Counted from the stretch's first letter, positions 34,825 through 44,608 are shown. The stretch is DNA of 64,000 nucleotides from Bdellovibrionales bacterium (GCA_019750295.1 JAIEOS010000012.1:22605-86604), one strand, 5' to 3'. The notes: generated from the sequence alone by a model not told the origin. A program made the numbers and translations.

Positions 34825-36621
34825 ATGGAATTTGTAAAAAGTAAAAAAAGAACTCATTATTGTGGCGACTTGCGAGAGAGTCATCAGTCTTCCAATGTCG
34901 TATTAATGGGCTGGGTGGATTCCCGCCGTGATCATGGCGGACTCGTCTTTATCGATCTGCGAGATCGCACGGGTCTTGTCCAGGTGGTTCTGGATCCTCA
35001 AAACGAAAAAATGTCGATGTCGAAAGACATGCGGGGGGAATATGTTGTTGCTTTAGAAGGCACAGTAAAGACTCGCCCCGAGGGCATGAAAAATCCTAAA
35101 CTCGCCACTGGAGGTATTGAAGTCGTCGCGACAGAATGCACGATTTTATCTCGAGCGCAGGCGCTTCCCTTCCACTTGAATGACGATTCCGTCAGTGAAG
35201 CCGTTCGTTTAAAATACCGTTACATCGACTTGCGCTCAGAGGCTTTGCAAAAAAATATCATCAAGCGCCACCATGTGATGCAGAAAGTTCGCAACTTTTT
35301 GGCGGGAAACAATTTCTTAGAGATCGAAACGCCCATTTTATATAAGAGCACTCCCGAGGGCGCACGGGATTATCTCGTTCCCTCGCGCGTGAATCAGGGA
35401 ATGTTCTACGCCCTTCCTCAAAGCCCGCAGACACTCAAGCAGCTTTTGATGATCAGTGGTTTTGATCGTTACTTCCAAATTGCACGCTGTTTCCGTGACG
35501 AAGATTTGCGTGCCGATCGTCAGCCTGAATTCAGTCAGATCGATATCGAGATGAGTTTTGTCGATACCGATGATATTCGCAAAGTGAACGAGCAACTCCT
35601 TCGCGAGATTTGGAAAGAATTCCGTGGTGTAGAGATTCCTCCTGTCCCCACATTGACCTATGACGAAGTGATGTCGAAGTACGGCTCTGACAAGCCCGAT
35701 CTTCGTAACCCTATGGAAATTAAATGCGTTGCCGATTTGGTTAAAGGTGTTCCATTTAAAGTATTCTCCGATGTGACCGAACGTGGCGGCGCGATTCGAG
35801 GATTTGGTATTCCGGTGAAGGAAGAGATCTCTCGCTCGCAAATCGATAAATGGACTCAGTTGTCCAAAGACAATCACGCTAAAGGTTTAATCTGGATTCG
35901 TAAAGACGCCGATGGAACTTTCCATTCTCCCGTAAATAAATTTTTAGATCAGAAGGTTCTTCAATCGATCTATGACCGCTTGTGCCCGAATGATTATGGT
36001 CGCATGGCTTTAATCATCGCCGATGATTATAAAAATGCGTGCTCGGCCCTTGGTGCTTTACGCTCTCATGTGGGTCGCCAATTTAATCTCATCGATAAAA
36101 AAGCAGATAAGTTTTGTTGGGTCGTGGATTTCCCACTTCTTGAGTATGATGCGACAGAGAAGCGCTGGGTGGCTTGTCACCATCCGTTCACGCAACCGAA
36201 GGACGAGCACATCGAAATGATGATGAAGGGCGATAACGAGAGCCTCACGAAGGTTCAAGCCAAGGCTTACGATCTTGTGTGTAACGGCGAAGAGATCGCC
36301 GGCGGAAGTATTCGTATTCACAATTCCGAAGTGCAAAGTCTTATGTTTAAAGCTCTTGGTCTTACGCCAGAACAAGCCAAAGAAAAATTCGGCTATTTTA
36401 TCGATGCTCTCAATTACGGAACTCCTCCGCACGGTGGAATTGCGTGGGGCCTTGATCGCTTAGTCACAATCCTCTGCAACACAGATGCGATTCGCGATGT
36501 GATTGCTTTTCCTAAAACAGCGAAAGCGACCTGTATGATGTCCGACACTCCAAGTACGGTGGATCGTCATCAGTTGTTAGATCTTGGAATTAGAGTCGTG
36601 ACTAAGGACTCTAAGGAATAG
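34825..36621 (+). CDS. aspS: Aspartate--tRNA ligase
   Basis: 598 aa with CFRDEDLRADRQPEFSQID (class II motif 2), PPHGGIAWGLDRLV (motif 3), and a bacterial-type insertion domain. Confidence 0.95.
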   Translation: MEFVKSKKRTHYCGDLRESHQSSNVVLMGWVDSRRDHGGLVFIDLRDRTGLVQVVLDPQNEKMSMSKDMRGEYVVALEGTVKTRPEGMKNPKLATGGIEVVATECTILSRAQALPFHLNDDSVSEAVRLKYRYIDLRSEALQKNIIKRHHVMQKVRNFLAGNNFLEIETPILYKSTPEGARDYLVPSRVNQGMFYALPQSPQTLKQLLMISGFDRYFQIARCFRDEDLRADRQPEFSQIDIEMSFVDTDDIRKVNEQLLREIWKEFRGVEIPPVPTLTYDEVMSKYGSDKPDLRNPMEIKCVADLVKGVPFKVFSDVTERGGAIRGFGIPVKEEISRSQIDKWTQLSKDNHAKGLIWIRKDADGTFHSPVNKFLDQKVLQSIYDRLCPNDYGRMALIIADDYKNACSALGALRSHVGRQFNLIDKKADKFCWVVDFPLLEYDATEKRWVACHHPFTQPKDEHIEMMMKGDNESLTKVQAKAYDLVCNGEEIAGGSIRIHNSEVQSLMFKALGLTPEQAKEKFGYFIDALNYGTPPHGGIAWGLDRLVTILCNTDAIRDVIAFPKTAKATCMMSDTPSTVDRHQLLDLGIRVVTKDSKE

Positions 36622-36697
36622 TTTGCCGCATTTTGTGGGGTTGGTAATGAGCGGACACTTTTACCGCTCAAACTGGCAAGGGGCGCCCCGCTTCGCT

Positions 36698-37747
36698 TTA
36701 GGAAGCTTTTTTAAATTGAAAATTGGGGTTGAAGAAATCTTGTGGGATTTTGATGCCCTTTTCTTCCATGGCTTGGACGTTTTTGGGAACGTAACCTGTG
36801 GATTCAAGTTTTCCGCTCTTTGAGAGTTGAAAAACGGGAGCTCGGGTGATGACGTCTTCTTCCATTCCTGTAATTTCTAAAATCTCCGAGATCACTCGTC
36901 GTCCGCCCGTGACGCGTTTGAGTTGAACGATGTAATCAACGGTGTCGGCAATTTGTCGTCGGACCGTTTTTAACGGAACGTCGAAGCCCACCATGTGGAG
37001 GAGATTTTCGAGCCGGGTGAGGCAATCCAGCGAAGAGTTGGCGTGAATGGAGGTCATCGAGCCCTCGTGGCCGGTGTTCATGGCCTGAAGCATATCAAAG
37101 GCCTCGTCCCTGCGGCATTCTCCAACGATGATGCGATCCGGACGCATGCGCAAAGAGTTGACGAGACAATCGCGCACGGTAACGGGATTGCCCTTATCTC
37201 TTACGGAAAGTAATTGAACCCAGTTTTTATGATGTAACCGTAATTCGGGAATATCCTCGATAGTAACAATGCGTTCGTCCTCGGAGATTTCGGAGGTCAG
37301 GGCTTGGAGGAATGTTGTTTTTCCAGATCCAGTTCCACCGGAGACGATGATGTTCGATTTCGCACGTACCACGAGACTCAAAAAGAAGGCTGCTTTGTCG
37401 CTGAGAGATTGCTTTTGCACTAAAGTTTCTAACCGGAACTTTTTATTTGAGAACTTTCGAAGGGTTAGACTTGGACCCAAAGGGTTCATCGGTGCAAGTA
37501 CGATATTGTAGCGGCTTCCGTTGGGGAGCATTCCGTCGTAAAATAATTTTTCCTCTTGGAATTGTCCATCGGCCTGGACAATGGCCTTCACATAGTCGAC
37601 GAATTCCTGGCGACTATTAAAACGGGTGGCGGTGAGAGCCACAGAGCCATCACGCTCGACAAAAACTTGATCGTACGAATTCACCATGATTTCCGTGATG
37701 AAGGGATCTTCCATTAAATGCTGAAGAGGATTTATCTGTATCGACAC
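36698..37747 (-). CDS. cpaF: CpaF/TadA-type secretion ATPase (paralogue 1)
   Basis: 349 aa with IIVSGGTGSGKTTFLQAL (Walker A), RIVTIEDIPEL (Asp box), RPDRIIVGECR (Walker B region) and TGHEGSMTSIHA (His box). Confidence 0.8.
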   Translation of the reverse strand: MSIQINPLQHLMEDPFITEIMVNSYDQVFVERDGSVALTATRFNSRQEFVDYVKAIVQADGQFQEEKLFYDGMLPNGSRYNIVLAPMNPLGPSLTLRKFSNKKFRLETLVQKQSLSDKAAFFLSLVVRAKSNIIVSGGTGSGKTTFLQALTSEISEDERIVTIEDIPELRLHHKNWVQLLSVRDKGNPVTVRDCLVNSLRMRPDRIIVGECRRDEAFDMLQAMNTGHEGSMTSIHANSSLDCLTRLENLLHMVGFDVPLKTVRRQIADTVDYIVQLKRVTGGRRVISEILEITGMEEDVITRAPVFQLSKSGKLESTGYVPKNVQAMEEKGIKIPQDFFNPNFQFKKAS

Positions 37748-37849
37748 GACTATTTATCGGCAATGGCGGTGAAAAAGTGAACTCTTTGCCGTAGGTCGGG
37801 CTGGCGGTTCGTGATTTGATTTTCCGAGAGAAAAACCGATAAGTCCCCT

Positions 37850-38509
37850 ATGAGAATTCTTTTAATCTCAATACTGGCGCTGGTCTTAGCGGGATGTAAG
37901 ATCGATCAGGACGGTCACATCGGCCAAGATGGACGTATAGAGCTCACCCAGCCTCCCGAGGATTTTGGGCCGTCTCAAATTGAGAAAGTGTATTTCTCGG
38001 TTGTGGCCGGGGAGGCGAGAGCGATGACTGGAGTTGCGAGCGCGTCCTCATTTTCCTTAGGAGTCGTTAAGTCCGAAATCCACCAAGGAACGGAGTTTAA
38101 GGCCGAGATTTTTTTAAGTCCGCGAGATCGAATTGGAGTTCGTCGCATCGAAGTTACGACGGATGATGGGACTTCTCGGATCGACGCTCCCTGTGATTCT
38201 GGATACTGTGCTTTGGATATCAGTGCACTTCTCGAAGAGCAGAGTTGTGGTGACGAAACATTTGTGGCGCTGACCCATTCCGACGATGTCTTTTTTGTTG
38301 TCCACAAAACAGATGAATCAACGCAAGAGTTCACTTTTCATTTCGAACCGCTGTGTGAGGCGACGGTGGCTAAAACGCGTATCGGCGAGCGAAACATTGC
38401 GTCCGTGCAAGACCTTAGACCATGGTTATCAACAATCTTCGTCAGCATCCTCATTTCCGTTTGTGTTTTAATCTTTATTTTTCGTCGATTCAGATCTCCT
38501 AAACCCTAG
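37850..38509 (+). CDS. Lipoprotein with C-terminal TM anchor, unknown function
   Basis: 219 aa with MRILLISILALVLAGCK (lipobox) and a C-terminal hydrophobic WLSTIFVSILISVCVLIFIF. Confidence 0.5.
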   Translation: MRILLISILALVLAGCKIDQDGHIGQDGRIELTQPPEDFGPSQIEKVYFSVVAGEARAMTGVASASSFSLGVVKSEIHQGTEFKAEIFLSPRDRIGVRRIEVTTDDGTSRIDAPCDSGYCALDISALLEEQSCGDETFVALTHSDDVFFVVHKTDESTQEFTFHFEPLCEATVAKTRIGERNIASVQDLRPWLSTIFVSILISVCVLIFIFRRFRSPKP

Positions 38510-38613
38510 TCCTGGATGATAAAGAGACAGTTCTATCCCTTGGTCTCGTTCATTTTGAGACAGCTCTCTCCGATAAATTCTACGAGACAACACGATGTTG
38601 TTGAGGAGGAACC

Positions 38614-39054
38614 ATGGATAAGGTTTCAGGAAATCTAGGATACCCAGTAGTGATTTTATCGCCATCGTCTGAGCCAATGAGCTCCCGTGGGAATTGGGAA
38701 AGAGGCTCGGGAATCACCGGGCACCATTCATCTGTCAGTAAAGCGTTAGATGCCCATCGTATGCAAAGAGATGAGCGCAATACACGATCGGCTCGTCATG
38801 GGGGCGTCGCGATCTTTAACGATGAGCAAAGTGGTTTTGATCCGAATGCTTCAGTTTACATCAACAGCAGTACAAGTAATCCGTCGGCAGTGAATGAAGT
38901 CGAAGAATTAGACTTTATGTCCAACAGAATGATCGAGCCGCCAACAAGCATGGCGAAGATGGCCTCTGTCGAGAGTTTTAAGAGTCTCGAGCAGGAAAGA
39001 CCTCTCCTCGGTGAACCTGTCCCTAAAGGCTCTTACTTAGATATCGAAGCGTAA
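38614..39054 (+). CDS. Hypothetical protein
   Basis: 146-aa ORF with no TM segment and no motif. It lies between the two CpaF-like genes on the opposite strand. Confidence 0.35.
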   Translation: MDKVSGNLGYPVVILSPSSEPMSSRGNWERGSGITGHHSSVSKALDAHRMQRDERNTRSARHGGVAIFNDEQSGFDPNASVYINSSTSNPSAVNEVEELDFMSNRMIEPPTSMAKMASVESFKSLEQERPLLGEPVPKGSYLDIEA

Positions 39055-39103
39055 ACAAAAAAATAACAGGCTGGCGTATCACCAGCTTGAGACCATTTAT
39101 TTT

Positions 39104-40189
39104 CTAAATCCGTTCCACGGTAAAACCAAAGTGCTCCTGACTTGAGATCCTGTAAACTCCAGCCAGGTGCCATCGACCCTTTTCTTTTTGGGTGATGACC
39201 AAGCCATCCACGCAAAAATAAATCAGACGACGAATAGCATCCAAACTCCATTCGGGCGCTCCCATCTGAATGAGCATCTCAAGACGGAGCAAGGCCTGCT
39301 CGGCGTTTTCTGCATGCAAGCTTGTCAGTGATCCCTTATGTCCCGTGGACAGCGCCATGAGAAGATCCTTAGCCTCACCACCGCGAACTTCTCCCACCAC
39401 AAGTCGATCGGGGCGCATACGGAGAGCTTGCTTTACAAGGTCCGTTTGGGTGATTTCTGGAAGCAGCAGCTGTGCATCGCTCCGGGTGAGAAGGGAGGCG
39501 CTAAAGGCATTGGGGAGTCGGAGCTCGGCCGTATCCTCAATGCTCACCCATCGATGGTCTTGGGCCTCATTCATAAGCGCATTAATCAGAGTGGTTTTTC
39601 CGCTTCCTGTATTGCCCACCACAATGAGGTTCTTTTTGTCATTGATAAGTTGGCTCAACTTATTTTTTTCCTCCGTTGTGCACCACCCTTTGTGGCAGAG
39701 CGACTCCAGCGAGATGACATTCTGCTTTTGTTTCCTAAGGGTTACCATATGAGTTGGGCTCACGGGAGGAGAGCTTAAGTGTACCCGAAATCCTTGCCAG
39801 ACTCCATTGGCAAAGGGAACGCTAATGTTTGTTTGGATTTGGGCTTCGTCGCAGAGGCGATGAATAAAGTTGATATAGGTATGATCGGTTAAAAAGGTAT
39901 CTGTGAATTTCTTAAACTCACCCCACTTCTCATACCAGATTTGATCTTTCGAGATGATCATGATCTCGGTAATGTCTTCATCAGATAACAACGGTTTCAG
40001 TGGGCCTTCGTAGAGGATTTCGCTTTGAATACGTTGCTTTTGCTCGTCTGGAAGCTGCTCCGTGTGCCGTTGAATGGATTGGAGGATTTGATCTCGATCT
40101 TGAGGATATTGAATGGCGAAGTCCTCTTGCTGGCGGTGGGCTTCGGCAATACTTTGCGAAATGGATCCAATGACGTTTTCGAGTTTCAT
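39104..40189 (-). CDS. cpaF: CpaF/TadA-type secretion ATPase (paralogue 2)
   Basis: 361 aa with LIVVGNTGSGKTTLINAL (Walker A), RWVSIEDTAEL, RPDRLVVGEVR and TGHKGSLTSLHA. Its start is 3 nt from the secretin stop. Confidence 0.8.
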   Translation of the reverse strand: MKLENVIGSISQSIAEAHRQQEDFAIQYPQDRDQILQSIQRHTEQLPDEQKQRIQSEILYEGPLKPLLSDEDITEIMIISKDQIWYEKWGEFKKFTDTFLTDHTYINFIHRLCDEAQIQTNISVPFANGVWQGFRVHLSSPPVSPTHMVTLRKQKQNVISLESLCHKGWCTTEEKNKLSQLINDKKNLIVVGNTGSGKTTLINALMNEAQDHRWVSIEDTAELRLPNAFSASLLTRSDAQLLLPEITQTDLVKQALRMRPDRLVVGEVRGGEAKDLLMALSTGHKGSLTSLHAENAEQALLRLEMLIQMGAPEWSLDAIRRLIYFCVDGLVITQKEKGRWHLAGVYRISSQEHFGFTVERI

Positions 40190-40191
40190 AT

Positions 40192-41424
40192 TTAATAGAT
40201 GATTTTAGGGGTTACAAAGAAAAAGAGTTCCGACTGATTATTTTTAAATTCTTCGCTCCCAAAAATTTTATTAAGAATAGGAATTTGCGTGATGCCAGGG
40301 AAGCCCTGATGACTTCGCCCCCATTCTTCTTTAATCAGTCCCGAAAGTGCGATGGTTTTACTTTCGTTGAGATGAAAGCGACTCGTGATTCGATTGATTA
40401 ATAGTCCGGGGATTCCGTCGATCTTGACCGATTCATCAATCATCGAAACTTCACACTCCAGTTCGATCGTCATTTTACCGGAGTAATCGGCCACGGGCTT
40501 AATCTTGAGGACAATTCCGTACTTTTTCCATTCGACCTGAGCCGCAAAACGCGATGAGACTTTAATGGGCATCTCGCCGCCCGAATGAAAGGTTGCGGAT
40601 TCCCCGGATTTTGCAATCAGAGTGGGGGAGGCGAGCACGCGCCCGAGCCCTCTCTGCTCAAATGCTTTGATATTTACAAATAAACTTTGCGAATCGAAAG
40701 CGAGGCTCGGGACTAAGTTGGCTTTCACTTCGGCCGGCCAATCGAGCCCCAGTTTTTGAATATGGTTACGACGAATTTCGGTGGCGAGAATATTGACTTC
40801 GATCATGGGGGCCGAATTGAGAGCATAGGGTGATTGTCCCACGTAGATTCCTAGCGGAGCTAACAACTTTCTGTACTCAGAGATATGATTCTTATGAGTT
40901 TCCGCGAGGGTGACTTGCCATATTGGCGAGACCGTCAGCGAACTGTACGGAAGATTGCTCTTTTGCGTGAGATCTCGCAGGTAACGGTTGATTTTGTCGG
41001 TCACCTCAAAATCCACTTTTGCTTTAATAAAATAGGGGCCTTTGTGGAGTTGAAGATCTTTTAACTCGAGCCAGTCGAGAAAGGTGAGGATTTTTCCACC
41101 AATTTCAATTTTTTGATCGACCACTTCGACGAGGGGGCCGACTTTTCCTTTTTGCCATTCTCGGAGCTTAAGAAAGGTGTCGTAGGAGTCTTTGTCGATC
41201 ACGGAAATGTTGTAATTCTGAAAAGACGTTTTAATTCGTGTTTCACCTTTTTTAACAGCAACCACTTTGAGTTTGGACCCGCGATCATTCGCTTTGATGA
41301 TTCCGCGAGTTTCGATTTCGATGGTTCCGCCGCGAGAGATGGAAAGCTCGCGGCTTTGGCCAGGGTACATGACTTGTTGGTCTTCGAGGGCAAAAGCGAA
41401 TGAAAGGAGAAGTGTAAGTATCAT
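40192..41424 (-). CDS. cpaC: Tad-type secretin (CpaC/RcpA)
   Basis: The likely start is ATG 41424 (MILTLLLSFAFA signal); the track start 41544 lies inside the palindrome. Secretin C-domain segments are LASPTLIAKSGESATFHSGGEMPI and GFPGITQIPILNKIFGS...ELFFFVTPKII. Confidence 0.8.
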   Translation of the reverse strand: MILTLLLSFAFALEDQQVMYPGQSRELSISRGGTIEIETRGIIKANDRGSKLKVVAVKKGETRIKTSFQNYNISVIDKDSYDTFLKLREWQKGKVGPLVEVVDQKIEIGGKILTFLDWLELKDLQLHKGPYFIKAKVDFEVTDKINRYLRDLTQKSNLPYSSLTVSPIWQVTLAETHKNHISEYRKLLAPLGIYVGQSPYALNSAPMIEVNILATEIRRNHIQKLGLDWPAEVKANLVPSLAFDSQSLFVNIKAFEQRGLGRVLASPTLIAKSGESATFHSGGEMPIKVSSRFAAQVEWKKYGIVLKIKPVADYSGKMTIELECEVSMIDESVKIDGIPGLLINRITSRFHLNESKTIALSGLIKEEWGRSHQGFPGITQIPILNKIFGSEEFKNNQSELFFFVTPKIIY

Positions 41425-41509
41425 GTCACCTAAGGCTGCAAAAACCTCCGGACAAAATAAGCCGAAATATCCCCGATCTACCCAAATCCGTCCGGCCGCC
41501 AACCCCTCT

Positions 41510-41602
41510 GTCCGGCAGGTGCGCCGATACTTTTTGAGAACCACTGCATCATACCGTGTATGATGCAGTGGTTCTCAAAAAGTATCGGCGCACCTGCCGG
41601 AC
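41510..41602. repeat. Perfect 93-nt palindrome (44-nt arms, 5-nt loop)
   Basis: The left arm 41510-41553 (GTCCGGCAGGTGCGCCGATACTTTTTGAGAACCACTGCATCATA) is the exact reverse complement of 41559-41602. The loop is CCGTG. It lies between the kinase gene stop (41608) and the cpaC start (41424). Confidence 0.95.
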
Positions 41603-41607
41603 GTATC

Positions 41608-42681
41608 TTAGAGCTCTATGGTGACGGTGAAGATTTTGTTTTTGTATTGGATGTCCATGTGGCCGTGGAGATACTGGACAAGGACTCGGACGACAGTGAG
41701 GCCGAGGCCTGCACCTTTGGTGTGATTCATGATGTTTTCGTTCTTGGTGAAGGCTTCGCCGAGGGTGTTGGGGTCCGCAGGTGGCTCTTTGGCGGCCGTA
41801 TTCTTGATGACGAAAACGGTTTTGCCATTTTGGGCGCGGGTGCTGATTTCGATCGGTTCGTCTTTCACCGCAAATTGCACGCAATTGGCAAAGATTCTTA
41901 AAAAGAGATCATCGAAGACTTTTTGAGAGGATTTGATCTGCGTCACTTGCAGATCAACTTTAGGACGCAAGTTCTTGTCCTTATCGATCGCCACTCGCCA
42001 AAGTTTATCGAAGCTCGCTTTAATATCGATCTCTTCTGAGATGACCGGCTTGGACTGAGCCTCAAAGCGGGTGATCATTAAAATATCATCGATGAGTTTT
42101 TTAAGTCTTTGCGTATTGGCTTCGATATGCTTGAGGTAAAGTTTTTGCTCTTCGTTTTTAAGATCTTCTTTGAGCAAGTCTGTAAAGCTAATCATCCCGG
42201 CAAGGGGAGTCCGAAGCTCATGACTGACCATCAACATAAAATTGTTTTTAAGTTGATCTAAACTTTGTAAGGCAATATTTTTTTTCTTCACTTCGTTTTT
42301 AAGTTCGAAAGTCTCAATCGCTTTTTGGAGATTCAGTAAAAGCTCCTGCGGATCCCAAGGCTTAGTAATGTAGCGGTAGATTTGCCCATCGTTAATCGCT
42401 GCAATGACGGATTCGAGATCGGTGTATCCCGTGAGCAGGATGCGAATCGAATCGGGTGAGACGTCCATCGATTTTTTTAAAAGCTCAACGCCCGTCATTG
42501 TGGGCATTCGTTGGTCACTGATAATAAGAGCCGGTTGATGTTTTTCGATCAGAGAGATCGCGTCGACCGGATTGACCGTTGTGATCACCTGAAACTGTTT
42601 GCGAAGAAGCCGCTCGAGCGCCTGGTTGTTGTGCTCTTCATCATCGATGCAAATGATCGTGTGCGTGGGTGTTTCAGACAT
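41608..42681 (-). CDS. Hybrid response-regulator receiver / histidine kinase
   Basis: 357 aa with REC (IICIDDEE...LIISDQRMPTMTGVELL), HisKA H-box (VSHELRTPL) and HATPase_c (GAGLGLTVV). Confidence 0.85.
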   Translation of the reverse strand: MSETPTHTIICIDDEEHNNQALERLLRKQFQVITTVNPVDAISLIEKHQPALIISDQRMPTMTGVELLKKSMDVSPDSIRILLTGYTDLESVIAAINDGQIYRYITKPWDPQELLLNLQKAIETFELKNEVKKKNIALQSLDQLKNNFMLMVSHELRTPLAGMISFTDLLKEDLKNEEQKLYLKHIEANTQRLKKLIDDILMITRFEAQSKPVISEEIDIKASFDKLWRVAIDKDKNLRPKVDLQVTQIKSSQKVFDDLFLRIFANCVQFAVKDEPIEISTRAQNGKTVFVIKNTAAKEPPADPNTLGEAFTKNENIMNHTKGAGLGLTVVRVLVQYLHGHMDIQYKNKIFTVTIEL

Positions 42682-42804
42682 GTCATTTTAATCTAGGTCA
42701 TAAGTCCTAGAATGGGTAGCCAAGCTAGACGTTGGCCGTGGTAATTAAAGTTAAGTGGGAATTCTGGCGACAACTCTATGGATTCTTAAAACTTGAGGGT
42801 ATCT

Positions 42805-44589
42805 ATGAGACTCTATGTACTAATTTTGATGTTGTTCTTATCGTCTGAAGGCCATGCCTATTACGGCAATATCTCTGGCGAAACTTGTCCTTATCGACCG
42901 CAGCAGTATCAACCGCCTCAGTCGGACTACACACACGCCGCGCAAGTTCAGGCTCGTGAGCTGGATCAAAGACGCTTGCAGTTAGAGCTGCAATTGAATC
43001 AAGTGAGTAGAGAACTCCTTCTCGCGCAAAATCACGCTCGTCGTTACTTTAGAAATCCTTGGGCCGAAACAATTCTCGCTCACATGGATAACGGATTTGA
43101 TTGTTGCTCTCAACGCACCTATTCGCAACTCTTCGAAGAAAAAAGTCGTATGCCCGCAGGTGATCCAAGCTACGTCCCTCCAGCCCATCAGGATACGGAA
43201 GTCGTAACTCCGGCAGCGCCTTATCAAGAGGAAGAGCCGCCACCGCCTCCACCTCGACCGGTGCGCCCGGTGGCTGTGACGCCCCCTGTGCCGCCACCAG
43301 CTCCGATTCATGAACCTCAGTACCAACCGGCTCGACCTCATGCCGATTCTTGCTATGGACAAGATCCGCAGTATTGCCAAAATGATTGGGGTCAAGAGAC
43401 TCATCCCGAATCTGGCGGACAACATTGTTTACAAACTGGGTTTGCGGCCACTCCGGCCTGGTATCACATGGCTTGCCGACCTGGTGGTCAAATTGATCCT
43501 CGCGTCTGTAGTGATCGTCGAGTGACCACATCTCCTCACGAACAACAGGCTTGTTTCCAAATGTTGCAAGTTTATCAACAGTTGTCTTTACGAAAGCGTC
43601 ATCTGGCGAGTCAAATTGCCGGTCTTCGTTCACAAATTCAAATTTATTCACAACCGAATCGTCCGCACGCTCCTCATTACGGAACGTTAGCGCACGACAC
43701 TGAATCCCAGTATGGCGCTCATGCTTCCACTGAAGCTGTGAGTGGAAGTGGACTCTTAAATGTTCTCGGAGCCGTTTTAGGTGGATTCGCATCATCGTAC
43801 GCCAATAACCAAATTTATCAGCCTCAACCTCATTACCGACCTTTCCCTGGTCCCTCGTTACCAAGTCGTCCAATTCCTGGAGGCCCAATTCCTGGTCGTC
43901 TTCCGGGACGAGTGATTGGTGTAAGACCTATAAGTCCTTCACCCGTTCCTTACTACGGACCAAACTATGGATATCCCTATTCGAATGCGGGTCGCTACGG
44001 CGCAATCGTTCCGGGAACGACCGGAGCTTTCGGATGCTCTACCGGGAACAACACTGGTTTTAGTTTAATTGGTCAGTTGCTCGGACAATTCTTACTTAGA
44101 AATAACAATCGCGGTCCCTTTGTCGGTTACCGGCCTTACGCACAATTCAATTCTCTTTACGGGAATCGATTGCCAGGACAACCCATTCAATCTTTCCGTG
44201 GAGTGCCACCACCCTATCGTCCTGGTGGAATTTACCCCGGAATTGGTCCGGCAATTCCGGGCGGTGTGATTACCCCTCGTCAATACATCTCTCAGCCGAC
44301 GGTGTTTGGCCCTGGGTATAATCAATGGAACAACAGTACTGCGTTCCTAAGACAACCGGCTCCTAACTTTTTTAATAGTCAATACGCCTACCAACCTCAA
44401 CAGCAGGTCTACCGACCATCAGTGCCGGGACGTGTGGTGGGAGTAACTCCGATTTACTCGGCCGCTCCGCAAATCTATCGCCAGGATTACTATCAGCCTC
44501 AGAGTAGTGGTGGTCTTGCTGGAGTTCTCTCCGCCATGTTTGGCGGAACAGCGGGTGGCTCGAATATCTATATGAATTTTGATTTCTAG
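42805..44589 (+). CDS. Secreted Pro/Gln/Tyr/Gly-rich low-complexity protein
   Basis: ATG 42805 starts MRLYVLILMLFLSSEGHA (signal peptide). A short coiled-coil segment is followed by about 500 aa rich in P, Q, Y and G, with repeated GRV(I/V)GV(R/T)PI and PGG/PGR motifs. Confidence 0.6.
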   Translation: MRLYVLILMLFLSSEGHAYYGNISGETCPYRPQQYQPPQSDYTHAAQVQARELDQRRLQLELQLNQVSRELLLAQNHARRYFRNPWAETILAHMDNGFDCCSQRTYSQLFEEKSRMPAGDPSYVPPAHQDTEVVTPAAPYQEEEPPPPPPRPVRPVAVTPPVPPPAPIHEPQYQPARPHADSCYGQDPQYCQNDWGQETHPESGGQHCLQTGFAATPAWYHMACRPGGQIDPRVCSDRRVTTSPHEQQACFQMLQVYQQLSLRKRHLASQIAGLRSQIQIYSQPNRPHAPHYGTLAHDTESQYGAHASTEAVSGSGLLNVLGAVLGGFASSYANNQIYQPQPHYRPFPGPSLPSRPIPGGPIPGRLPGRVIGVRPISPSPVPYYGPNYGYPYSNAGRYGAIVPGTTGAFGCSTGNNTGFSLIGQLLGQFLLRNNNRGPFVGYRPYAQFNSLYGNRLPGQPIQSFRGVPPPYRPGGIYPGIGPAIPGGVITPRQYISQPTVFGPGYNQWNNSTAFLRQPAPNFFNSQYAYQPQQQVYRPSVPGRVVGVTPIYSAAPQIYRQDYYQPQSSGGLAGVLSAMFGGTAGGSNIYMNFDF

Positions 44590-44608
44590 ACACTTTATGG
44601 CGCGGCTC

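Noticed and set aside
35338-35877. 179-aa minus-strand ORF inside aspS
   Set aside because: It is embedded in an unambiguous, motif-rich aspartyl-tRNA synthetase gene on the other strand.
37811-37842. CCGATAA upstream of the lipoprotein gene at 37850, as a possible sigma-28 -10 element
   Set aside because: No TAAA-like -35 element lies at the required ~15-nt spacing. A single heptamer match is not enough.
41267-41884. Two ORFs on opposite strands (41267-41563 plus, 41549-41884 minus) that share the peptide VRQVRRYFLRTTASY
   Set aside because: The shared peptide is a direct consequence of the 93-nt perfect palindrome. Both ORFs overlap better-supported genes (cpaC, the REC-kinase), so they are treated as artefacts.
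43049-43888. 279-aa minus-strand ORF inside the Pro/Gln/Tyr-rich gene
   Set aside because: The plus-strand frame spans the whole region, starts with an RBS and a signal peptide, and has an internally consistent repeat composition. The antisense frame is a by-product of codon bias in a low-complexity region. Proteomics could still prove otherwise.
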